DNA of 64,000 nt from Lama guanicoe. Its lineage: Eukaryota. The position numbers and the translations under genes are program-made. Below the pieces are notes generated by a model. That model was not told the origin of the DNA and searched no databases. It was given only the letters and a program-made list of their open reading frames with translations. Every line of letters begins with the position of its first letter. Within the stretch, counting starts at the first letter, position 1. The stretch is from NCBI GenBank assembly GCA_013239625.1, contig MU053911.1:60697-124696 (forward strand), in the 5' to 3' direction. Shown here piece by piece: positions 35,813-48,756 of the stretch.

Positions 35813-38040
35813 AAGCAGCAAAATTACAGTCATACAAAGAGTATAGTTTGTGTATATACTTTTCACTTAGGTATAATTCTTTGTAAACTCATATAATTCT
35901 TTTTTAAATAAATGTTTTAAGTGAAGTAAAACATATCCAGAAAAGTTCACATCACAGCATTTTCAAAGAATCTTCTTTGGATTCAACATTGAAAAATTGG
36001 GAAATTTTACATGATCAGATTTTCTCTAATGATCAAGTTCGGTGGTCAAGACTTAATAGATGAGTGTAATAGATCAAATGTGAAGAAAAGGATGTCCCGG
36101 GCAGCTGCTGCAGTCGGAGCTAGAGGACGCATGGCTTGCGTTGTTGGGTGGCCAGGTGCTTGGTATGTAATGTTCAGGCTCTGTTTACTTTTTACCCACT
36201 TCTGTCTTATTGGAATCCTCCCTATCAGAAGGGTAAGGCCAGAACCTTCACAGATTTGTCAGATGAAAGCTTTTAACATGTTCCAGGGGCATTCTTAAAG
36301 TAGGAGGCTGGTTTCCACAAACATCCTTCCCATTGGGACAGGGTATTAAAGCACTCTGTACTACTAGTTATTCTAACTGCTCGTACTAGACTGCGGGTGC
36401 TAGTTAAAGCTAGTCTTAGAATTCCTGGGCATAACAGAGCAGTGGGAAGGACTAGTTGACTGAAGGAGAGAATTTCCAGCTTGCGTTGTCTTATTCACAG
36501 AGTCAGCCTTGAACAACTGTCTGGTCAAAATGTGCTTAGTATGTTTCTTTGCATGTTGAGAAGTATCTTGAAAGTGAGTGTGGGTGCCCCACAGTTGTTA
36601 CAGGTGGCTCTTTGGTAGTTTCACTGTCGTTGAAAAAGCATGTCTCGTAGAATAAAGTCACAGGGCAGCTTTTTTCGGACTCCTTGTGCTTATTTGTATT
36701 TGCTGATTTGGGCTTACTTCCCCCTGCTCCTAGGTAAAGACTAGGACAGTACCGTGACTTCTCCGATCACTCTTAGATGATGAACTTAAATATCATCGTC
36801 ATCAATATCCTGAATTGGAAATTAAAATTCCCTGTCATATATTAAGTCAGTATTTTAATTTTCATTCAGAGTTAGGACTTCTCTCCCCTTCCCCTACCCC
36901 AGTACCCCAGCTGGAGCCTGCTGGGGCATGAGGTTGGCTTTTCTCTTTCATTTCTTCCTTTCTCGCTAGTTGTAGTTTCTGTTGTCCATGTTTTTGGGAA
37001 AGCAGGGAAGAAAAGTAAGGTATACAGGGAAGGTCTTCCTTGACTGTTACTGCCTGCCTTCTCCATAACATAACATCAACCAGTTTTCTGAGTGCCTCTG
37101 TAAGGCTTAAGGTAAGGGAAGTCATATCCACCCCTCCCTAAAGGGTTTGAATAGGGCTCAGGACACCACACGACCTTGAAAAGTTCTTTCTTCAATTATG
37201 GGATGAATTGGGAGTCCAACTAGAGATCGGACTGTAGGACAGTTTTTGAAGGCTTAGTGCCTCTTTGGTGAGCAGAGTGCTGAGATCTGGTGACTGGTCT
37301 TGGGAATGAAGTTGTCAGCATTGGTGAGAATATGACCCATCACCAGAAACGTGTGGTCCTGATGGGAAAGCAGGCCAAGTAAGAAATCTATCATGGCGCT
37401 TTTCCTGAGGAGGCGGAAGGGTCAGAAGTAAGGGTAAAAAGCTGTCTTGGTTTTCATACTGTCTTTAACCCAGGTACGTGTGTCACAGGTAGTTACGTTA
37501 TGTCAGAGGTGGAGTCATCATAATTCCAATGTGGCAAATTCAAAGTCTTCAATGAATTTCAGTGGCCAGTTTGGGCATTAGCAAGGCAAAGGCATCCATA
37601 TGGCCCAAAAAATAATGACGGCTTGCTTCACTGCATCCAAAAAATTAAATTTAATGTTTATTACAGACAAATATAAGAAAACAAAATCGTAAACATAGGG
37701 AAGGCATCCTACTCTATCAAAATTAAAAACATCTTCAAAAATGAATCAAAGTCAGAAGATAAGCAGTGGACTGGGAGAAGATGTGTGCAGGTACAATAGA
37801 AGGAATGAGAATAAGAATGTATAATTCCACAAAAAGGGCAAGTGACCCTGAGAACTAGGCAGAGTATGTACACACCCTACACATAACTTACTGACAAACT
37901 CCTAGAAAGATACGGACTAAACAGATTCAAGAACTAGGAAATCTGAATGGAACTGTAACATGTTAAAAGATTTGATTGGTAATTAAAATATTTCCCAACA
38001 AGAAATGCTCAGGCTAGATGGCTTCACTGGTGAGTTCCAT

Positions 38041-38085
38041 CAGATACAGATAGACAGACAGACAGACAGATAGATAGATAGATAG
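38041..38085. repeat. (CAGA)n/(TAGA)n compound microsatellite
   Basis: cagatacagatagacagacagacagacagatagatagatagatag. Confidence 0.9.
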
Positions 38086-38587
38086 TTATAGTCAGTTTAC
38101 AATGTTGTGTCAATTTCCAGTGTAGAGCACAATTTTTCAGTTATACATGAACATACATAGATTCATTTTCACGTTCTTTTTCACTGTGAGCTACCACAAG
38201 ATCTTGTGTTTATTTCCCTGTGCTATACAGTATAATCTTGTTTATCTATGCTGCATATGCCTGTCAGTATCTACAAATTTCGAACTCCCAGTCTGTCCCT
38301 TCCCACCCTCCTCCCCTTTGGCAACCACAAGTTTGTATTCTATGTCTATGAGTCTGTTTTTGTTTTGTATTAAAGTTCTTTTTTTTTTAGATTCCACATA
38401 TGAGCGATCTCATATGGTATTTTTCTTTCTCTTTCTGGTTCATTTCACTTAGAATGACATTCTCCAGGGACATCCATGTTGCTGCAAATGGCATTATGTT
38501 GTCATTTTTATGGCTGGGTAGTATTCCATCATATAAATATACTACATCTTCTTTATCCAGTCATCTGTCAGTGGACATTTAGGCTGT
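38086..38587 (-). mobile_element. Young L1 3' end nested in an older sense L1
   Basis: tatagtcagtttacaatgttgtgtcaatttccagtgtagagcac; approximate TSD ttc(c/t)atcagata. Confidence 0.82.
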
Positions 38588-38654
38588 TTCTATCAGATAT
38601 TTAAAGAGGAATTAGTACCATTGTTTCACAAACTCTTCCAAGAAGTAGAAGAGT

Positions 38655-39150
38655 TTATAATTGAAAGGAAACATATGTCCACACAAACACTTGTACATAG
38701 ATACTCATAGTAGCATTATTCATAATAGTCAAAAAGTGGAAACAGTCCAAATGTCCATAAACTGATGAATGGATAAATAAAATGAGTATATCCATCCAAT
38801 GGGATATAATTTGACAATAAAAAGTAACAAAGTATTGACACATGATACAACACGGATGAACCTGAAAAACACGCTAAGTGTAAGAAAACAGTCTAAAAAT
38901 ACCATGTTTTGTATATTTTATGAAGTACTCAAAATGGGCAGATCTATAGCAAGAGAATGTAGACTAGTGGCTGCCAGGGCTGGGGCAGTGTTGGAAGAAA
39001 TGTAGAGTGAGTCTGAAATGTTGAAATGTGCTAAAATTAGATCATGGTAATAGTTACTCAACTTCAGTGAATATATTAAAAGCCATTGAATTGTGTACTT
39101 TGAGTGAATTTTGTGATATATTTATCGTATCTCAATAAAGCTATTAAAAC
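38655..39150 (+). mobile_element. L1M 3' end
   Basis: tatgtccacacaaacacttgtaca...tatctcaataaagctattaaaa. Confidence 0.75.
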
Positions 39151-39210
39151 TCTGATTATAATAAATAAAACATTCATTAGTGAAAACAGTACAGTCTGTC
39201 CACACTGGAA

Positions 39211-39419
39211 CAGTTGTCAGCAAACTGCAGTCCATGAATCACATCTAGCTGGCAGCTTGTTTTGGTAAAGTTTTATTAGAGCACAGCCACGCCCATTCAT
39301 TTACCCACCATCTGTCACTGCTTTTGCAGAGCTGGTTAGTGGTGACAGACATCTTCTAACCTGTAAAGTCTAAAATATTTACTGTCTGGTTCTTTACAGA
39401 AAAAGTTTGCTAAATCCTG
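39211..39419. mobile_element. MER58A-like hAT MITE
   Basis: cagcaaact...aaagttttattagagcacagccacgcccattcattt...ctttacagaaaaagtttgctaaatcctg. Confidence 0.78.
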
Positions 39420-39836
39420 CTATAGAATAAGAAGTGGTATTTAAAAGGAGTGAGGTAGATCTGTGTTCACCAGTATAAATAGATTGAGGAAATTGTTTTA
39501 AGTGAAAAAAAGTTGAGAACAAATATACAGTGACATCATTTATGTGGAAAAGAAAGCAATACAGACATCCAGCCACTAACAGAAATTATAGAATCAAATA
39601 GGCACATGAACTGGAATCTAAATCCATGGAACAAGTTGTGGAAAGATACATAGCAAACTAACACTATCCTTAGGGTGGCCACTAAAGTTTTGGAATGCCA
39701 GTCAGGTTAGGCTCTGACCTTGTTTGGATTATTTTAAGTTTTTTCTTTTTTTTGCAAAGAAATTGTAACTATATTATATAAATGAAAATATAAGTGTAGA
39801 ATTATACACTCTAGGTGTTTTTGGTTTGTTTTTCAG

Positions 39837-39867
39837 AGCTATGAATGATAAAGCTTTGTTGGAGGCT
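39837..39867 (+). CDS. CCDC7: CCDC7 coding exon (31 nt, phase 2-0): (R)AMNDKALLEA
   Basis: tttcag|AGCTATG...GCT|gtaagt; recalled human RAVNDQVLLDA. Confidence 0.88.
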
Positions 39868-40352
39868 GTAAGTATAGCACTCTCAGTTTGAAATTGTACT
39901 TGGTCCTTAAGGAATCTGGAAATATCTGTGTACACATATGCATACACCTGAAACTAACACTGTAAATCAACTACACATCAGTAAAAAAAAAAAAACTAAA
40001 CTTACTCTTACCATATGGAACGTATTCTTAATCATATGGAAAAAAAATTGTCCTTTGTCCTTGATGTTGTCAACGTATTCTAAAAATTGTCAGGATACAT
40101 AATCTTACATAAAGATCTAATGCCTATTCAGTTTATTCAAGACATTTTTTGCATATGTGAGCTGGAAAAGTTTTATCTGTTCTTTTGATCTTAATAGGCT
40201 TTATTATCAGAAACACTTCAATTATACCAAAGTTTATTACTTTTATGAATTATTGAAGACTTTCCAACTTTAATAGTTAAGTACCCTAATAACTTCTCTA
40301 TATTGAGATACTTGCTTGTCATAATTAATGAAATTAGGATATTTGCTTGTAG

Positions 40353-40442
40353 AAAAACACAGAGATTCAAAATGATCTCCAAGTGTTGTCAGAGGAGAAA
40401 TCGCTGTTGGAAAATGAACTACAGAAGTTGAAGAGTACAAAG
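40353..40442 (+). CDS. CCDC7: CCDC7 coding exon (90 nt, phase 0-0): [30 protein letters not shown]
   Basis: ttgtag|AAA...AAG|gttagt; heptad-rich; recalled human ...[20 protein letters not shown]. Confidence 0.9.
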
Positions 40443-42142
40443 GTTAGTTACCCTCTTGTCTGAAAATGGCGTACATACCAGTACTGATAATTGGTAGCAG
40501 CTGTGCTTTAAAAATATCATAAATATCAATATTCTAAATTACCGTACCAGCTATCAAAACCAAAAGGATGCTGTGAAAAAGAGACATAAAATTGAAACAT
40601 TCTGAATGACGTTTCTAGGCCAAATATTTAACTTTATTAAAATACCAATAAATGAGGTTTGCAAATATGTTTTAAATGTATTTTGTTGCATTGTTTGCAA
40701 CTATGTAATGTGTGTGTCCCAGTTCACTCTTATCACATAGAGTGAATAGAAATACCAAGGATAAAATTTCTTTCCCTTTTCCTTTCCTTCTTTTCCATTT
40801 TTATATAGCTTATAAATTTCACATTATAAAAGACAAGGTCAAACGGATTAGAAGCAAATTTTTATTAACTACCTAAAAATATAAGATGTATGTTTTAACA
40901 CAAAACCAACATAGAATGAAAAAAATACCTTGACCACTGGTGTTAGTTACTTGGTATTTCTTCTTTACTAGGGGATAAAGGAAAACTAGTGCCAGGTTTT
41001 CTACCTGTTCGGTCAGAGAAGCAGTGGTCCTGCGTCAGCGTCACATACAAAATCAGGGCTGTCACGTATGTTCAGTTGGGAATAGCTCCATTTAGTAGTT
41101 GGAACAGAAAATAAATTAAAAATAAAGGAATAAATTGTCATATTAAATAATTGAGTCGTCTGGCCAAGTGCAAGAATTTAGCAGTAGTCAATCATACACT
41201 GTTAGGTCCACATTCAGAAATCCTTGGAGCTTCTTTTGTGACTTGAAGATGCTGCAGCAGCTTCTAGTTTTGCTTTCTTGTATTGTTTCTTTGGGTTTTG
41301 TATGTTGAAACCTAAAGAAGTGTGCCAGGGTGAATGGTAAATGTGGAAGGAGCCTTTCTGCACATGTGGGAGCAGTATTGCATCCACACAAGGGTGGTGA
41401 CCAGGAGATAAGAGAGGCAGCCTGTTTTCGGAGAAGGGGACGGTAGGCAGAGGGCAGTGGCTGCAGGGCTATGTCAGGCTCAGGATTTCTAGTAACAGCT
41501 GCATTAGTTTTCTTCCAAAGAAGCCTACTTTCCTAACTCAATCCCCTCTTAATAATTTTATTTTTGTAGACAATCTATTTTAATAATCCAAAGCCATGTT
41601 TGGTTCTCATCCTTGTTGCCAAATGTTAGGCAGTAGTTTCCTGTTTGTCAGTTAGGGGTTTTATTCTGTTTTTTTGTAAGCAGAAGAAACTGACCCTTTC
41701 TAAAGCCAGAAATGTGCTGGATAGCTCTCAGGGCATCTCAAAGGACTGAAGAAGAATTGAACAATGTGCTTGGTGAAAGAGAGAGCCAGGACAACTCTTA
41801 GAGTTACAGAAACAGACACTCCTGGACAGCCACCACTTCTGTCCTGTCAGGGAATTTCTAGAGGGAACTTAGCAATATTTTCCTCCCTTTGGGTGCTGGC
41901 TCTGGAATTACTCGGCTCCAGCGGCTTCTCTTCCATGCTGTCAGTTCTTAGATGATTGGATCTTAGTGGCCTTGCTTGGGTCAGATGTCACCAGGACGAT
42001 TTGAGATAAAGGAGGTGAGAACCCTTCTAAATGTGGTGCTGTTTCTCAACAGAAGGGTGGAAGGACACTGGGCACAATTATTTGGTGTTCGTTGTACTTG
42101 GTGATTTCCCTCTAATTACTGTCGTATCCATTTACTCACTCC

Positions 42143-42322
42143 AGGTGTCAGTGTTTACCATAAAGGCAAGACAGACGTGTTGCAGCTACCCGGGTCGGCT
42201 TCTGTGGTTTGGAAATAGCCACAGGCAAAGTGTAAATGAAGGAGCACGACTGCGTTGCAGTAGAACTTCATTTACAAGAACAGGCAGCAGGGCAGCTTTG
42301 GACTGCAGTTTACTGACTCCTC
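42143..42322. mobile_element. MER58-like MITE in the opposite orientation
   Basis: gtaaatgaaggagcacgactgcgttgcagtagaacttcatttacaagaacaggcagcaggg. Confidence 0.55.
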
Positions 42323-42439
42323 CTTTGTTCCATCTCTGCTCTTACCTGGCTTTCTCCTGTGGCTCCCTCAATAGGACTGCCTAGATGTGTGCAGTTTGGT
42401 GTGCTGTTGCTGGAAAATGTCACTGTGTAAAAAGATTTC

Positions 42440-44210
42440 TACTCTTGCTGTTCTGTTCTTTTGACCTGGTTTATTCCTACACCAATGCCAGAGATTTTTA
42501 ATGATTATATGTTTAGAGTGAGTCCTCATATTTTGTAGGGCAATCAACACACCTTGTTATTTATAAAAATTTGTTTTTGCCCTTTGCATTTTCATGTAAA
42601 TTTCAGAATTAGCTTGTCCAAATCTGCAGTTACATTGAATCTGTACATCAAATCTGAGAGCTTTACGTCTGGGATATCAGGGTACATCTTTTTGTTTATG
42701 AACATTAAACATCTCAGTTTTGGAAGCTTTTTAAAATTCTTACAATAAATACGATTTTCTTCATAAACCTCTTAATCATTTTTGTTACTTATGTTAATCT
42801 TAGGTGCTTCGTATTTTTATGCAATTTTAATTTGTATCTTTTAAAATATTTTAAAGCTATTGCTAGAGAAGTGTAACAAATTTTTGTTTATTGGATTTTG
42901 CATCTACAAACCTAGCTACACAATCGTAATGTCTTGCATAATCAAAGTGTCTGTACCTAATGATAGCCTGAATTTTCATGCTTTCCAGTTTGTAATACTT
43001 TGTTTCTTTTTCTTGCCTTGCTACACCGGCAAAGACCTCTTAAATGATACTGAATAGACATGATGAGAGTGGACATTTTTTATTCGTTCCTGATTTTGAA
43101 GGGAATGTTTTCTTGTTTCTTGTGATCAGTCAGCCCGCCTTTCTCCCCACCTCAATACCATTTATCAGGTTAAAGGACTTTTTCTCTTTTCATAATATGC
43201 TAACATTTTTTTTTCATCCTTCATAAAGTTCTTCCAACCTCTGCCCACTGCCCAGTTTCAGAGCCACTTCCACAGTTTTAGTTATGTGTTGCAACAGCAC
43301 CCCACTTCCAGGTGGCAGCATCTGTATTACTTTTTACTTTGCTGCTCAGTGGGTTGCTTTAGGGTTTAGTCTTGTTTGTAAGCTATTGGACTCCCTGTTC
43401 AAGTGTTACCGAATCACTTAATGGTTAGGAACCTTGAAACGTGCTTTCCTTGGTCCCTTTCCAGCCTTTGTGCTCTTATTGTCATACGTTTTACTACGTA
43501 CAACATAAACTGCACAACACATTGTTTGTGTTTTACTGTAAAATACTAACTTTCAATGAGATTTAAATAACAAGAAAGCAGTCTTTGTATTTACCAACCT
43601 AATTACCATCTGTGGTGGTGTTCTTTCATTTGTGTATTTACTTCCATCTGGTGTTGTTTTTCTTCTGCTTAAGGGGTTCCGTATCATTTTTGTTGTGCAG
43701 TTATGCTGCTCGTGTATTCTTTCAACTCTTTGATATCTGGACCAAAAAACAATATTTTTCTTACTTTCTATTTTGAAGGATATTTTTTTCTGGGCAGAGA
43801 ATTCTAGGTTGACCTTGTTTCCCTTCCAGTGCTGTAAAGATACCCTTTGCCTTCTGGCTTGCGTGGTTTCTGACAGGTCTGCTGTCTTCCTTAGTCTTGT
43901 ATGTAATCTGTTTTCCTCCACTGTTTTTAAGATTTTCTCTTTATACTGCTTTTAAGTAATTTGATTATGATGTGTCTTGGAGGTAGTTTTCCTTATATTG
44001 TTGTGGATTTGTGGATATATAGTTTTCATCAAATTTGAAAAAAATGGCTGTTATTTCTTCAAATATTTGTTTTCTTTCCCCACTCCTCCTCTCCATCATG
44101 AACTCCAGTTCATATTAATCCATTTGAAGTTGTCCCACAGCTCTGATGATCTGTTCATTATTGTTTTAGTCTTTTTTTCCCCTTTCATTACTTTAGTATT
44201 TTTTTGATTG
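42440..44210 (-). mobile_element. Old, fragmented antisense L1 pieces
   Basis: ORF1-like RKTADLSETTQARRQ...KKISFKIESK (43553..43921 -) and degenerate ORF2 text. Confidence 0.6.
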
Positions 44211-44589
44211 TCAATATATTAGATTTTTCTAAATAGAAAATATATCCCAAAACTCATTTTAAACTAGAAAATTATTTTTGGACCTTAATAATTCTCATTA
44301 AAATGTATTATTATACTATTTTCTTTGTCTTATGAGAAATTGTTACATTTAGCGTTTAACTCGTGAGAAGTCTATACAGTAAATTTGGTATCTAATGGAA
44401 GTTGTAGTCTGAAACAGGAAATAACCTCTCAGTACCTTAATAGGTCTCTAATGTTAAGCTCATCTAATTTTTTCCATAATTAATTATGTAATTTTTCTAC
44501 ATTTTCTTGTATAAAATAATCCATTAGTACATAGTAGTTCAAGAATACTTCTAAACATGTGGTCAGTTCTCTACATTTGTTTTGAAATG

Positions 44590-45100
44590 CAGATTTGTTC
44601 CAACATGATTCAACAGTTTGAGCGTAATGTGGATTTTACATTTGTTTACACACAAGTTCATCTGCAAAGAGTATTAGGTGAAGGTGGAAAACAGCTTTCA
44701 CAAGCTACCCCGGTTTGCCATGGTTATAGTGCACCACACCAGTCCCAGTGTGGTGTTACAGCTTTGCATCTGGTTTCAGATAACCCCCTTCCCATGCTGT
44801 GTAATAACTCACAAGTTGGAGACTGTGTGATGCTCACTTCCACAAACTAGCTTTATGTCTTTTTCAAGATAAAGAGCGACGTTTCTCATAGTACATACTT
44901 CTTAATCATTTAACTGTGTAAAACTGGATTAATGTTCTTGTTAGGTTTCTGGTTTTTTCTGATGCATCATTGACAGTGTTTTGTGTTCTGTGCACCTATC
45001 CCCGTTTTCCTCAAATATCCTGCAGTTTTTATCATGTGATTTTTCATGGTAAGGTGATTTTCAGGACAGCATTTATCATGTTATGGCGGAACTGGCTACA
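44590..45100. mobile_element. Possible old TcMar-Tigger relic
   Basis: End ...tatcatgttatggcggaactggcta resembles recalled Tigger termini; weak support. Confidence 0.35.
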
Positions 45101-45354
45101 GCCAGTTTGTCAGATGATTGAATTGTTTTGATATATATTAGCTTATTTGCAGCTCACGTTCAGTAAAGCACTATTGCAAACATTCTGGCTGTATTGTTAA
45201 TTCTGTTTTGCTTCTATTCAGATAATTTCCCTCGAAACATAGTACGGTGAGTCTCAGAGTAAAATGGCGATCTTAGTACTATATATTATCATGTGTTTGC
45301 CTGTAATTCATTGTCTCCTTAACTGTTTTTTCTGGCTTACATAAACTTTCACAG

Positions 45355-45440
45355 AAAACAAAGGTTACAAGTGATCGAACAAAGAAAACTCTGAAAATGG
45401 AGAAGAAAAAAGAAAAAGAAAAATCTGAGGATTTGGAAGA
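45355..45440 (+). CDS. CCDC7: CCDC7 coding exon (86 nt, phase 0-2): KTKVTSDRTKKTLKMEKKKEKEKSEDLE
   Basis: tcacag|AAA...GAAGA|gtaaga; recalled human [28 protein letters not shown]. Confidence 0.88.
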
Positions 45441-45922
45441 GTAAGACATAAAGATCCTTGTTAACATTTTTCCTTGTAAATTTATATTTTCATTTTATAC
45501 AATTTGAGATCATATAAATGTAACTTATTAACAGGTTTCTACAAAAATACAACTTCAGCAAATATATAGTTTATAAGCAGGCTGAGATATGATTGGGGGA
45601 GAAGGCTGAGAAGGGAAGAACAGAGAACTAAAAATGAGTAGAATGAACCCAAGATACTCAGGAAGAGGTAAACAGAATTAAATCTGTAAATAATTTTAGG
45701 GGAAAAAGGATTTACAATGTTTACTTGATAGTTTAGTTAATGATTTGTAATTTGTATGTTAATCCCCCAGCCTAGGCTGTTCCTTTTTAATGTACTTCCT
45801 GATTATCTTATTTTATTAAAAAGTACCTATTTTTATGTATGTGGGTTATTGTAGGATAGCCTTATTAAATGAATATTTTCTTTAGTAACTAAACTTGCGC
45901 ATTTTGAATTTGCTTGAAGAAG

Positions 45923-45974
45923 CTATGAGTTCAGTCTTTACGGAATTACTATGAATTCAGTCTTTATAGAATTC
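45923..45974. repeat. 26-bp tandem duplication
   Basis: ctatgagttcagtctttacggaatta / ctatgaattcagtctttatagaattc. Confidence 0.8.
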
Positions 45975-46251
45975 CACAAATTCTGGAAAGAAATTCATGA
46001 GGCAGATGGTCTTGACATTTGTCTTAGAGAAAAACAGATGACTAGAGAAGAAAAAATGACCACTGTACTTGAAAATCCTTGCCCCATCTCAACTTTTTAT
46101 ATTTTAATCGTACCAATGAGAAGTTAGAGAAATGTTACTCAGTTGTTTATCATTTAACCTTTAAGAATTTTATGGCTATTAAAAATATGATTTTTTTCAA
46201 TTGAAATACAGTTGATAAAAACATGAAATTCCTTATGAAAATTTTATTTTT

Positions 46252-46897
46252 TTTAAATTGAAGTATCATTGATATATTGGTTACAGGCATATGACATAGT
46301 AATTCAGTATTTTTATACATTACAAAATGATCACTGTGAGTCTCTATCTGTCACCATAAAAGTTACTATGATATTAATGACTATCTTCCCTGTGCTGTGC
46401 ATTACATCCCCATGACTTACTGATTTTATAACTGAAAGTTTCAAATTACTGCCCCTACACTGGGACTGACAGCATGTGAGATTTTGCATGTGCACCTCAA
46501 GAGCAGAGTCTGTGTGTCCTTCAGGCCCCCTGCTCTCCCACAGGCAAGCCGTCTTGGCCTTCAAAGCCAGCTGTTCTTGGGGCTCTTCCAGTGTAGGACC
46601 CCCCTGGGGTCGGGAGCCTGATGTGGAGCTCAGACCCCTTGCTCCTTGGGAAGAGACTCTGCAGTTGTCGCAGCATTTGTGGGTCACCTATCCAGGAGTG
46701 TGTCTTTCTGTGCAGTCCTTGCCCTCTCTGTCCATCTCATTAGAGTTACTTCTTTATGTGTCTACTTGTGGAAACTCTTTTCCAAGAGTCTTTACTTCAT
46801 TCTCCTCAATAGTTGCTCTGTAGATAGGTGCAATCTTGGTGTGCCTGTGGGAGGAGGTGAGTTCAGGTCCTCCTACACCGCCTTGGCCGCAGCTCTC
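46252..46897 (-). mobile_element. Short L1 derivative: about 450 bp of 5'UTR fused directly to about 190 bp of 3' end
   Basis: 3' end aattgaagtatcattgat...ataactgaaagttt abuts 5'UTR text caaattactgcc...ggaggaggtgagttcaggtcctcctacaccgcc; candidate TSD aaaattt(t/c)a(t/c)tttt. Confidence 0.7.
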
Positions 46898-46990
46898 AAA
46901 ATTTCACTTTTTAAAAATGATTTAAGTACCTGACAAGAAAGCAGAGTGTTCATGCAGGTATCATGATATATTAAAAATATTTTTTTTCAG

Positions 46991-47045
46991 GAAGAAGTCT
47001 GTAATAAGAGAGTCAAAAGTAAAAGAAGATATGCATCAAGTTCAG
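46991..47045 (+). CDS. CCDC7: CCDC7 coding exon (55 nt, phase 2-0): (E)KKSVIRESKVKEDMHQVQ
   Basis: tttcag|GAAG...CAG|gtagaa; recalled human ...EFKIKEDLDQVQ. Confidence 0.87.
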
Positions 47046-47809
47046 GTAGAATCTCTGCACATCAAAGTCTGATTACTAAGGCTCTGATAATTATGTATGT
47101 GTGTATGTATGTGTGTGTATACTTACATTATAGACAGATACATAGACAGCACTAGTGGGTGTATGCGGGTTAGTATGTGGATGTAGGATGTGTGTGTGTC
47201 TGTGTACTGAGTTTCTTCCTAAGATATTTATTTCTTGTTGGTTGGCGTTTCTCAGCAGGTTTCAGGAAATCAGATGGTAAATCCAAACATGTTTAATGTC
47301 CAGGTTGTAAAAATCCCTACAGTTCACTCAGTTACGGGCAACATCTTGGAGGAAAGAACATCATGCGGGGTGGGAGTCAGAATGGACCTACTGGTGACAG
47401 TGGTCGAGTCCCTTTAACCTACTTGAGCTTCATACTTTTCATCACTAAAGTGGGTAAAACAATCTACCCGGTCTAACTTAAAATATGTATGAGGTGCAAG
47501 AAACAAATATGAAAACTTTTTAGAAACTGTAAACTATATAGCCCACTCTTATGTGGTCCAGTGAGAAGAATACAAGTAACCCTTTATTTCATCTGGGTTT
47601 TGGTAAACCTTCTTTTGCTACAAGATGGTTTCTTAACCATCAGCACATCATATGCTGTGTCATATGTCACCAGGTCACTCTTACGCAGTGAGTAGCCGTA
47701 AAGTGTCCTACAGGTATATACCTGTGTGATTCAAGAATCAGATAACATAAATTTGGGAAGAAAATGAGAGCACTGCTTGAGATATTGAATATGAAATCAA
47801 CAGCTTTAT

Positions 47810-48670
47810 GATGGTAGTTTTTTATTCCTGCATAACAAGTTATCACACATTTTGCAGCTTAAAACAACTTAAATCATCTCACAGTTTGGGTGGGTTGGGA
47901 GTCTGAGTGTGGCTTAGCTCTGTCCTCTGCTCCAGGTCTCCCCACACTGCAGTCAAGGTGGTGGCTGAGGTCTGCTTTCTGCTCACTTGGGGGTCTTCTT
48001 CCAAGCTCAGGTGGATGTGAGCTTCAGTTCCTTGCAGTTGTGGAACTGAGACACTCAGCCATGTGTCCTTCTCCATAAGCAGTTCACATTACAGCAGCTT
48101 GCTTTTTCTGTAAGGCCAGCAAACAATCTCTCATGTTTGCTAAGACAGAGCCTTATGTGATGTAGCAGACTCACGGGTATGACGCCTTATCACCTCAGCT
48201 GTATAGTTGATTGTTGAACAACTAGGGGTTATGGGTACCAACCCCCCTCACAGTTGAAAATTTGTGTACTGCTGTCTCTGCCTCAGAAACGAGGGCATTG
48301 ATAGACGACTCACTCAAGGGCAGGAAACTAAAGGAACTTTGATAAAATCACATCTCAGACCCTAGTTCTTTTGATTCTACAAATTGAGATCTCTAATCAA
48401 ACACAAACTTTCCCCACGCTTAGTTAAAGATCTGTAAAATGGAGGTACAGGTAGTATATTCATTGAAAAATATGCTTGTGTAAGTGGACCCATGCAAGCT
48501 CAAACCCATGTTCAAGGGTCAGCTGGATAATGCAATTCAGTAAAGGGGGTTCCATCTCGTCACTGTGCAGTGTTCTGCAGCTGAAAGCAAGTCATAGGTG
48601 GTCGCGTCCATACTCAGGGAGTGGACTATGCAGAGCGTAACTGCGGGGTGAGATCATGGAGCCATACCAT
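47810..48670 (-). mobile_element. MLT1D/E-like LTR interrupted by a Tigger element
   Basis: cataacaagttatcacacattttgcagcttaaaacaac...ctcacagttt; resumes after 48525. Confidence 0.65.
48203..48525. mobile_element. Tigger2-like MITE
   Basis: Degenerate TIRs tagttgattgttgaacaac / gttcaagggtcagctg; taagtggaccc motif. Confidence 0.65.
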
Positions 48671-48756
48671 ATGGCTTATTTTATGCAGGATAGCATTTTG
48701 TGTATTTTAAAAATTTATTATAATCCCATTATTAATATCAGAAGTCTTCAAACTAG

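Noticed and set aside
36300..37650. Possible decayed ERV internal sequence
   Set aside because: I could not read any convincing gag, pol or env motif; left uncalled
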